Of a DNA stretch of 64,000 nucleotides, positions 56,034 through 64,000 are shown piece by piece. The stretch's first letter is position 1; each line of letters begins with the position of its first letter. Source of the DNA: a virus (taxonomy: Duplodnaviria > Caudoviricetes); IMG/VR virus record IMGVR_UViG_3300028197_001183, positions 1 through 64,000 of that record; one strand, given 5' to 3'. The position numbers and the translations under genes were made by a program. Under the pieces are notes generated by a model. The model was not told the DNA's origin. It made no database searches and was given only the letters and a program-made list of their open reading frames with translations.

Positions 56034-57517
56034 TAGACAACCACGAGATTACCGACCATTCCAGAGTGAATGGTGCATTGATAGACATATGATGTGCCTG
56101 CTGCAAGCGTCATAGGCACTGTCCAGTATTGGACACCACTTTGTGATCCACTCACACCAGCACTTACAGCAGATCCACCACTCGTCTGTCTCAGAGCAAA
56201 TGGGTGACCACCACCAGTGGTGTTGTTAAATCTGTATGTGAATCCACGATAGACATAGATGGTTGGGTTTCCACTTCCACTCCATCCGCCGTTGCTGAAG
56301 TTATATCCAGCACTTGTGCTTCCAGAAATCTCGAAACCAACAGCAGCAGATGAAACAGCTTCAACTTCACCACTTGCATTAGTAATGAAACTCTGATTCT
56401 CTGACAGAGTAACGCCACTAGCAAGAAACAGATCAGCAGCAATACTAACAGTGTTAGCAGTAACAGTTGTTGTTACACCGTTACCACCACTTACTGCCAA
56501 TGATCCAGTAATGGAGCTGGAAGTAGTAGTGCCGCTATCACCAGTTACTGTTGCAAAAATGTTTTGATCAGCGTTAGGTGAATCATTGGTGATTGTCAGA
56601 TTATCGCCATTAATAGCAGTAGAGACCCCAGTGCCACCAACAAAATTAACAGTGGTAGTAGCAGAATTGGCAGTTTTAGATCCAGAGTCAGATCCAATCA
56701 CCGAGAAAAGGTTTTGATCAACATCACCTAACGTCCCAGTCATTGCAATTGTTAATGTATCTCCAGCAATAGACGTGGAGATATTTGTGCCACCAGCCAC
56801 AGTAAGCACGTCAGTAGGAGCACTCGCTGTAGTAGACCCCGTATCAGCATTGAAACCTTCAAATAGATTCTGTGTAGTGCTGCCACCACCAGATGCAGTA
56901 GCATCGTTGTCTGGATACCAATGACTATTGGCAGCAGACCACTTGAGCACCTGACCATCGGAGGGACCACCACCAACTGTCATATCAACGTCAGTGAGCT
57001 CACCAACACTAGATCCAGAGTCAATCAGTTGAATCCAAGCACCACCATGTGCAAAGTATCCATGATTTTCAGCATGGACATGAGCAAACATACCATGATG
57101 ATCTGCTGCTGCAGGGAGATCTGCCGTAGTGTCAAAATGGTTTGTATACTTTAACTTACCGTCCGTGCCATCGATATATGTCAGAGCACTTCCAGTGCCA
57201 CCCGCCCAAAACTTAATATCACCACTACCATGAGGTTTGATGACTACATCACCATTAGCGGTAGATCCGATCTCAAATCCACCAACGTCTAAGTTTGAAG
57301 TTAGTGTGTCAAAATTTCCCTCAGCAAATTGAGATCCATTCCATTTCAACAACTGCCCTGCGGAAGGGGTGCCAACATTCACCAACAGGTTGGTGTCATT
57401 ACCAAGAGCGGTATATAATTCGTCAATTACGCTATTCAGTTTGATAGCACCATCTCTGAGACTATCACCTGTTCCGTCATTTGCTGACGATCCAATACTA
57501 AGATTCTGTTTTGCCAT
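56033..57517 (-). CDS. Baseplate-attached protein with a gp9/gp10-like N-terminus and a C-terminal cupredoxin-like domain
   Basis: IG..ANDGTGD.LR....K.N...ELY at the N-terminus; HPF...YQCTIHSGM at the C-terminus; CTAAATA at 57540-57546. Confidence 0.78.
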   Translation of the reverse strand: MAKQNLSIGSSANDGTGDSLRDGAIKLNSVIDELYTALGNDTNLLVNVGTPSAGQLLKWNGSQFAEGNFDTLTSNLDVGGFEIGSTANGDVVIKPHGSGDIKFWAGGTGSALTYIDGTDGKLKYTNHFDTTADLPAAADHHGMFAHVHAENHGYFAHGGAWIQLIDSGSSVGELTDVDMTVGGGPSDGQVLKWSAANSHWYPDNDATASGGGSTTQNLFEGFNADTGSTTASAPTDVLTVAGGTNISTSIAGDTLTIAMTGTLGDVDQNLFSVIGSDSGSKTANSATTTVNFVGGTGVSTAINGDNLTITNDSPNADQNIFATVTGDSGTTTSSSITGSLAVSGGNGVTTTVTANTVSIAADLFLASGVTLSENQSFITNASGEVEAVSSAAVGFEISGSTSAGYNFSNGGWSGSGNPTIYVYRGFTYRFNNTTGGGHPFALRQTSGGSAVSAGVSGSQSGVQYWTVPMTLAAGTSYVYQCTIHSGMVGNLVVV

Positions 57518-57542
57518 GGTGGGTAGATTTCTACAGTGTTAT

Positions 57543-59132
57543 TTAGGTGCCATCGAAGGTTTGTGCCGTAGAGTCAAGAGTACTCGACGTGCTATCGAAT
57601 CTATTAGCGGTAGATCCGCTGCCACCGCCAGATCCAGTAACAGTCAATGTTGCTGCATTGGAGTCAAGTGGTGAGTTTTGTGCTTGAGTTGATACTCCAA
57701 GAGGACCGATGATACGACAACGGAATCTGTATCCCGTCATATATGTAAGGACGCTGAGAGTATAAGAGTTTGTAGTTGCTCCTGTAATAGCAGCAAATGC
57801 GAAACCGCCATCTGTGGAGCGATACCACTGATAAGCAATAGGTCCGTTTTCTGGACTGATCTCTGCCTGCACAGAGAATGTTGCTGTTTCTCCTGGGTTT
57901 GCCGAAGCATTCTGAGGTTGGTTTGTAAATACCAGAGTTGGGAGGACTGGTGGTCCACCGTCACCACCACCATCAGGGGGAGCTGCAGGTGCTTGTAATG
58001 TAAATCCAGTATTGATAGTCTCTCGTGTCGAGGTCCCAATCATATATGGAAACTCAGGAGCATCAATATCGTCTGGGTCTACAGATAGAAAATACGCATA
58101 GGTTCCAGTCTGGAATTCTGGAGTAATGCAAAATCTACCATTATGGATGTCTAGGTCACCCGTTGCCTCAATATACTCCCAGTCCTGCACCAGAGCGCCT
58201 GCAGGGGGGTTTTGAATGGTGTTACCATAGTCAGGTCTACCTGATGTCTCAACTGATTTAGTTGAGAAAGAAGACTGCATAATTCTGGGAGTGGACAGAT
58301 TATCCCATGAAGATGCATAAGCATACGGACCATAGATTGGGAATCCGTCAAATGCAATACCAACGATCTTGGAATGTCCGTCAGGATGTCTCAGGTTGTC
58401 ACCGTTATATTGTGTAGTGCCATAATAATCATTGTATCCTGCCATCGATGACCCTTCTCGCCAACAATCAAGGAAGTGTGTATCATGATAATGATACTGA
58501 CCACTTTGCTCAGGATGACCACCACAGTTATCATCACCAAAATCTACAGGAGACTGTGGGTAGTGTGCATTCCAACTAAATCCTACTGGAGGGTTTCCGC
58601 CAGCACCAGCAGAAGGATTAAACAGGGCAACGCCATTAGCAGCAATACCGATAGTGCCTAAAGGTGTAGCACTTCTACCGTTTCGATCATCATAATACTC
58701 ATATGTGCCGCTAGTTAGAGACTCTTGGTCTCTCATAATAAGGTCAAGTCTATCTGATGTTGCTAACCAACATTCGTTTTCAATAGATGTAAAGGTAGTG
58801 CCTTTATAAAGGAATACTCTTTTAATACCATCACTGAAGGTAAACATAAGTCTGTCACCCACTTGGATCTCGCTGTTAAACAACGAGTTATCATTACCAG
58901 ATATGACTATAGACCTAAGGAATCCGTCTTGATTCCAAACGTTAGTGTCGAATGTGCGACTAATACCAAAGGTCCCACCACGGTAAACGAAAGCATGATC
59001 GAAATCTTGCTCCGTTACTGTGTTTGGGTTATTGGCGTTAGGAAACGTGCCAAACCCCACAGGAGCGGGAAGACCATCCGCCGCTACTGTGAGAATTTCA
59101 GTGGCATTGTTATAACTTGCAGTTGCCCCCAT
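57543..59132 (-). CDS. YHYH-domain protein with a C-terminal Ig-like domain
   Basis: G.IGIA.NGV...GHP...YHYH...HS...G.AFDGFPIYG...LD..NGR; QP.N....G..ATF.V...YQW...FRC; CTAAATA at 59144-59150. Confidence 0.85.
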   Translation of the reverse strand: MGATASYNNATEILTVAADGLPAPVGFGTFPNANNPNTVTEQDFDHAFVYRGGTFGISRTFDTNVWNQDGFLRSIVISGNDNSLFNSEIQVGDRLMFTFSDGIKRVFLYKGTTFTSIENECWLATSDRLDLIMRDQESLTSGTYEYYDDRNGRSATPLGTIGIAANGVALFNPSAGAGGNPPVGFSWNAHYPQSPVDFGDDNCGGHPEQSGQYHYHDTHFLDCWREGSSMAGYNDYYGTTQYNGDNLRHPDGHSKIVGIAFDGFPIYGPYAYASSWDNLSTPRIMQSSFSTKSVETSGRPDYGNTIQNPPAGALVQDWEYIEATGDLDIHNGRFCITPEFQTGTYAYFLSVDPDDIDAPEFPYMIGTSTRETINTGFTLQAPAAPPDGGGDGGPPVLPTLVFTNQPQNASANPGETATFSVQAEISPENGPIAYQWYRSTDGGFAFAAITGATTNSYTLSVLTYMTGYRFRCRIIGPLGVSTQAQNSPLDSNAATLTVTGSGGGSGSTANRFDSTSSTLDSTAQTFDGT

Positions 59133-59146
59133 GGTTTTACTTTTAT

Positions 59147-62100
59147 TTAGATGTCATCGAAGATTGATGCTGGGTTGAAGTTACTAATTACAGTAGCTCC
59201 AGTCTGCACCGTAAGTACTGCGCTCAGTGAGTAGACAGGCGTTGCACCTGCAGCAGTAATTGCAACTCTGTATTCGTCACCATCGTCTGCCTGAGCGGCA
59301 TCGTTGGTGTTGAATGTTGACTGGTTAGCACCGATGATGTTACTCCAGGTCTGAGTGCCATATTCCTTCTTCTGCCACTGGTAGTTGAGTTGCTGACTGT
59401 TTGTGACAGTAGCAGCAACCGTGAAGGATGCAGTCTGACCTTGGTTAACTGTTACGTTTACAGGATCCTGAATGATCGCAATCGTGCCAGCAGTAATCGT
59501 AGTGGTGTCGCCATCAATTGCCTCATCAGCGTTGTAGATATCTCTACCACCGTTGACAGGCGTGCCCGAAGGATTAATAAAGTCGTCTGGGACAATGTTA
59601 TCAATCTGGACTAATGGTTGCAGATAAGAAGTGCCAGGGGTCTTCACGTCAATGCGTGTGATGCCCATGAGTGCCTTGATACGACCATCAAAACCAGAGG
59701 ATGAAATCACGTCCACGTTAGGGCGTGAGGTGTAACCATCACCAGAGTTGGTGAGAAGTGCAGTATTCAACTGACCCGAGCGGATAGTTGCCAATGCAGC
59801 AGCGTTACGTCCCTTAACAGATCCCGTATATTCAAAGGTGATCAAGGAGTTTGAAGATTCGATCAGAGCAACGTCACGAGGGAATTCCTCACCGTCAATC
59901 TCAAGTTTGTCACCTGCTTCCACAGGAGGCACAACAGTTGCAGCAATCACGTCCGTGTCAGATCCAATATAGGAGAATCCGACGAAGGTTGATCCTGCGC
60001 GAGGCACTTCAGCAAAGATGACTCTAGATCCGACAAGATCGTATGCGACGCCAGGTTCCTGAATGATACCGTTGAGTGAAACAATGATGTTGTTTTCTGG
60101 GCGAATCACGTTAGAAGAGACACCCTCAGTCAGAGTCAGTGAGTAGAAGAGACCTTCACGTTTGAGGTTGAAGGACGACCGCAAGGAGTCAAACTCGAAG
60201 CTAATATCGTCCATCTGACGGAGTTTACCAACGTAGTAACCAACGAATTCAGATCCAATGTCGGGTGCCTCAGAGAAGTTAATCTTGTCAGAGAATGCGA
60301 CATAGGAGTTGTTACCGCCAGGAGGTTGCAGGATACCGTTGACGAAGATGAGCATGTGACCAGCGGGATCTGGGAAGTATGCTTCACCGTTGCTGATCGT
60401 AAGATCAAACTGTGTCTGAGCACCGTCGAAACCACGGAAGTAGCGATCAACACGACCCTCAAGCGTGCGTGCCTTAGCAATCACACCACCCCAACCATAG
60501 TCAGAAATGACGGTCATGTTGTCAAGGAAGTTGCCTTTAACATTTTCCAACCAGACGGTTGCGGTGATACCCTGCTGGTTGATAGCAGCCACGCGCCCGT
60601 AAGAGTTATATGCAGTGTCTGTGATCGTAGTAACATTAGCATAGATGCTTGGGAAGTTACTACCAATATCAAGTTTACCGATGTTATTACCACCCGTGGT
60701 AAGAGCATTGATATCTTCACCAGTGCCCACAGGAATCAAGTTACCGATAAACAAGCGATGGATTCCATAGTTTGGATCGGCAGGATCTATGTTGATGCCA
60801 TTGATATATTGAGTTACCGTTGCACGGAAACCAGGATCTTTCAATGTGGTGCCTTGTAGGAGGACAACCTCATCACCCACGCGGAATGTGTCAGCAACAC
60901 CCGTATCAACAATTGCAGTGCCAAGCTCCAACTGATAGATGTTGGTGCCATGGATATACTGGTTAAGTTGAATCTGCGTACCAGAGAGACCCTTAATTTC
61001 AAGGATGTAGTCAGTGACGCTACCGTAGATAATATCGCCAGTAGACCATGCATCTCCGATGGTTTCAACGTCAATCGTAATACGACCACCGTCATTACCT
61101 GTAAGAGATCCAGACTTATTGGCATATGTATTAGCGTATGCCTCAACAGCAGATGCTTTATCAAACAACCAGTCGCCTTGTGCGAATGATCCCTTCTCGA
61201 CGTTGATTAACATGCGAGAATCGAAGGAAGTAACTTCAGCAGTCGTGCCGCTATCAGCACCAACTAGGATATCACCTACGTTAATTACGCCCGCGACAGT
61301 AGTTAGATTGACAAAGTTTATACCATCTGAATTTGTCTTGTCTGTCTGTAAAACCTGTCCAGTAATACTAGGATTTGTTTGGACTGTAACAATCTCACCA
61401 TTCTGGAAGTTTTCATAAACACCCAGATTCTGACTGACATTATTCAGATTATAACGAGTATAGAGTCTGTTAATCTCTGCTTGGTTAAGTGAGATACTAC
61501 CAACTTCAGAGGAAGACTCAGAAGTGGTGCCGTAGATAACATCTGCGGGGTTAAATCCACCCTGGATAGGAGTCTGCGAAGGATCCGCTGGGAAGAGGGG
61601 AGTTGATCTATCGATACCAGTACGTCTGACGACAGAGAAGATCTGCTGACCAGAGTTAGTGGTGTCAACTTCAATTTTTCTAAATCTGCCATCGTGCATG
61701 TAATGGGCACCAACCTCAAACCACTGTGCAGTGGCAGTCATCACATACCAGTAAGATTGACCAGTAAGTTCTTTGACTGAAGTCTCAGATGCTGGGATAT
61801 ACTGGAGAATATCACCACGACGGAAGGAGTTTGTGCGATAGATTCTAACTCTATACTCGGCGCGGTCGAAACCAACGGGGACGATAGGAGTCAGAGTAAC
61901 CAGAGCGGGGTCAGTGTTGTAGTCATATCCCAACTCATACTTGGTGCTAATGTTAACAACGTCGCTGCTAGGCACCCAGGTAACACTACCTTGAGTTGGG
62001 AATTTAGATGTCTCCAGTGAATACTCAATACAGTTGATTGAAGAATCCATAATAAATTCAGATGCTTCACGGTTATAATCTAGGCGACCATTGAGTCCTA

Positions 62101-64000
62101 ACTGATAGGTGTTGTATGCTGCCCAACCTGCATCTGAAGTCAATTGATACAATACCGACTTGATATACTCGCGTATACGAGTAGTTGCATAAATTAGATG
62201 CGTGCGAGATACATCTTGGAATGCAATGAAGGTACCTTCACCATCAAACCAGTTTTGGACCAGTCCAAATGCACCTGCGTTACCACCAGTAATCATGTCA
62301 TATCTGATTGCCTTGACGACATCACTACAGAAGTCCACTGTCATGTTAGTGGTGCTGTAGTAGGTCACAGTTTGATCAAATGCTCTCTGTGCGATAGCAT
62401 CCTTATTAAACAACAACATGTTAGCAATACTCTTGTCAGTGTTTAATCCACCGCCAAGAGTATCTGTCATCAGATCAAACAGAGTATCAATGGCAGATTG
62501 TGGTCCTTCACATGTGCCTTGCTGATAATTGCTATTTGTGTAAGCGTCAAGTCTAGTTGTCCTAACGATATTAGACAACTGATTAATATTGCTATTTGCT
62601 GCGTTTTCAATTGTAGTGATGTAGATATCAATGAGTGTATCGATAGCAGAAGCAACTTCAGCACAAGTCTGATTCCACTCAGCAGCAGAAGAGTCATATG
62701 TAAGATCCGTGTCTCTAACTGCAATTTCAGGCGTGTATTTAATTGGCCAAATCTTAGGCAGCGTGGTAGCGCGGCTTGCAACGTTACCAGGATTACTAAT
62801 TGCATCTGTAACCAGTGCCATTAGATTATCAATTTCAGTTGCAACGGCATCAGCCTCACTACCTGTGTAGGCAGGATCAACCAGACGTGATCTGTAGTAT
62901 GAAAGATCACCTGTTGTATACGCCCATGCTGTTGTTGATTCGCCCGATGGCACAGCACCTGCCGTAGCGGCAAAACCGCCAGCATTGGTGCCTGCCAGTA
63001 ATCCACCTGCTTCATAAAGACCAACATTCAATCCAGGTGTCTCTGCAGAAGCGATTTCGTTGCCATCAATCCAAAGTTTGACACGACCAGATCCAGAAGC
63101 AACTGTGCCACCAATTCTAATCTCCCAAGTAATCTCATGCTGACCACCATCAAAGTAATCTGAGAGACTAGAGACTTGGACATCAAGAAGTGCGAGACCG
63201 TTGTCGGAGGCAGCAGATGCACCACCAGAATAGGAGTTAGCACCATTACCAGCACGGAGACGGAGGTATGTGCCACTATCTCTGATACCGATGTATGCAC
63301 CAGCACTACTGTCACCAAGCTCCCAGAGGACGCCATCGGTAGGTGTGCCACTAGGAAGCACTGTTACACAACTACAAGTCAAATCTTCATCGTTGGAAAT
63401 ACCAGTTGTGGAGTTGGATGCACTAGCAATGTCAGTTGTGCCATTGGTGAATGATCGAGTAATAACGTTGTTATAATCGCCCCCGAGAGTGATGCCGTCA
63501 GATGTAGAATTGCGAAGCACCGTAGTAGGTTTAGGTGTTGAATTTGAGAATGACTGCCCACCATCCGCTTCAAGAGATCCACCGTAATTTGCAACGTTAT
63601 TAATAATCTGACCACGAATTGCACGTTTTACTAATCTCTTAGTTTCATTCAGAATCCAATTTACCTCTGTTGCCAGGGATGTAACGTGTGCAAGAGATCC
63701 AGAATATGTCGTATAGAATTCAGATACCCAGTTAATCCAGTTGTCACCGTCATACTTGAGGTTGAATACCAGTGCTCTGAGGATATCAGTTACATCATGG
63801 ACACAATCAATACTTCCAGCGGAAGTAAGTGAATCTGGTGTAGATCTTACAAATGTGTGAGTATATTGTTGACCAACAGGAGAAGCGCCAACGTTAACTG
63901 TAACCTGACTATCTTGCTTAATAACTGCGCCAGCGGTAGCACTCACGAATGCATGTGTATACTGATTTGCATTTGCAGCAACACCCACATAGCAGGTGAA
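59147..64000 (-). CDS. Giant baseplate wedge initiator-like (gp7-type) structural protein; 5' part lies outside the window
   Basis: The frame is open to the window edge. It has HTFV repeats, C..DV....A...GGN repeats, FDG..T.F.L and NGI.Q.PG motifs, and a C-terminal Ig-like domain. Confidence 0.8.
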   Translation of the reverse strand, partial: FTCYVGVAANANQYTHAFVSATAGAVIKQDSQVTVNVGASPVGQQYTHTFVRSTPDSLTSAGSIDCVHDVTDILRALVFNLKYDGDNWINWVSEFYTTYSGSLAHVTSLATEVNWILNETKRLVKRAIRGQIINNVANYGGSLEADGGQSFSNSTPKPTTVLRNSTSDGITLGGDYNNVITRSFTNGTTDIASASNSTTGISNDEDLTCSCVTVLPSGTPTDGVLWELGDSSAGAYIGIRDSGTYLRLRAGNGANSYSGGASAASDNGLALLDVQVSSLSDYFDGGQHEITWEIRIGGTVASGSGRVKLWIDGNEIASAETPGLNVGLYEAGGLLAGTNAGGFAATAGAVPSGESTTAWAYTTGDLSYYRSRLVDPAYTGSEADAVATEIDNLMALVTDAISNPGNVASRATTLPKIWPIKYTPEIAVRDTDLTYDSSAAEWNQTCAEVASAIDTLIDIYITTIENAANSNINQLSNIVRTTRLDAYTNSNYQQGTCEGPQSAIDTLFDLMTDTLGGGLNTDKSIANMLLFNKDAIAQRAFDQTVTYYSTTNMTVDFCSDVVKAIRYDMITGGNAGAFGLVQNWFDGEGTFIAFQDVSRTHLIYATTRIREYIKSVLYQLTSDAGWAAYNTYQLGLNGRLDYNREASEFIMDSSINCIEYSLETSKFPTQGSVTWVPSSDVVNISTKYELGYDYNTDPALVTLTPIVPVGFDRAEYRVRIYRTNSFRRGDILQYIPASETSVKELTGQSYWYVMTATAQWFEVGAHYMHDGRFRKIEVDTTNSGQQIFSVVRRTGIDRSTPLFPADPSQTPIQGGFNPADVIYGTTSESSSEVGSISLNQAEINRLYTRYNLNNVSQNLGVYENFQNGEIVTVQTNPSITGQVLQTDKTNSDGINFVNLTTVAGVINVGDILVGADSGTTAEVTSFDSRMLINVEKGSFAQGDWLFDKASAVEAYANTYANKSGSLTGNDGGRITIDVETIGDAWSTGDIIYGSVTDYILEIKGLSGTQIQLNQYIHGTNIYQLELGTAIVDTGVADTFRVGDEVVLLQGTTLKDPGFRATVTQYINGINIDPADPNYGIHRLFIGNLIPVGTGEDINALTTGGNNIGKLDIGSNFPSIYANVTTITDTAYNSYGRVAAINQQGITATVWLENVKGNFLDNMTVISDYGWGGVIAKARTLEGRVDRYFRGFDGAQTQFDLTISNGEAYFPDPAGHMLIFVNGILQPPGGNNSYVAFSDKINFSEAPDIGSEFVGYYVGKLRQMDDISFEFDSLRSSFNLKREGLFYSLTLTEGVSSNVIRPENNIIVSLNGIIQEPGVAYDLVGSRVIFAEVPRAGSTFVGFSYIGSDTDVIAATVVPPVEAGDKLEIDGEEFPRDVALIESSNSLITFEYTGSVKGRNAAALATIRSGQLNTALLTNSGDGYTSRPNVDVISSSGFDGRIKALMGITRIDVKTPGTSYLQPLVQIDNIVPDDFINPSGTPVNGGRDIYNADEAIDGDTTTITAGTIAIIQDPVNVTVNQGQTASFTVAATVTNSQQLNYQWQKKEYGTQTWSNIIGANQSTFNTNDAAQADDGDEYRVAITAAGATPVYSLSAVLTVQTGATVISNFNPASIFDDI

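Noticed and set aside
203-63476. Numerous + strand ORFs in the track
   Set aside because: They are antisense shadows of well-supported minus-strand genes, with no recognisable motifs or ribosome-binding sites.
1-64000. tRNA genes, introns or inteins in core genes
   Set aside because: Intergenic gaps are too short and I saw no cloverleaf. g17, g20, g23, g46 and uvsW are uninterrupted and of ordinary length.

Overview
This is a 64-kb segment of a T4-like marine cyanomyovirus (Kyanoviridae-type). Essentially all genes lie on the minus strand. Read right to left, it holds: baseplate, tail-fibre and neck genes (a giant partial gp7-like protein, a YHYH protein, a cupredoxin-tipped protein, gp8, a 2435-aa wedge-like protein, a 2312-aa fibre, gp13-16); the variable g16-g17 island (putative internal head proteins, talC, a truncated gnd-like gene, an SNase-like nuclease, a 2OG-Fe(II) oxygenase and many small ORFs); the tail/head module (gp17-23, gp3); uvsY/uvsW, gp55 and gp47/46; an HExxH-VWA protein, a pyrimidine-dimer glycosylase and a CobS-like AAA+ ATPase; and gp45/44/62/regA with an inserted block of two oxygenases plus an adenine methyltransferase. 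I saw no tRNA, rRNA, CRISPR array, integrase or reverse transcriptase. The strongest non-standard signals are: (1) two homologous ~50-bp antisense sigma70 promoter-plus-hairpin elements 32 kb apart, candidate R-loop replication origins or antisense silencers; (2) strong avoidance of GAAC/GTTC (and GTAC); (3) a stem-loop and a CCGxGCxxCP-coding +1 frame directly after the major capsid stop codon; (4) capsid-targeting-signal proteins, including an apparent polyprotein; (5) a catalytically dead gnd fragment beside talC; (6) a putative copper-binding virion protein. All family assignments come from motif recognition by eye, not database searches, and all counts are manual.
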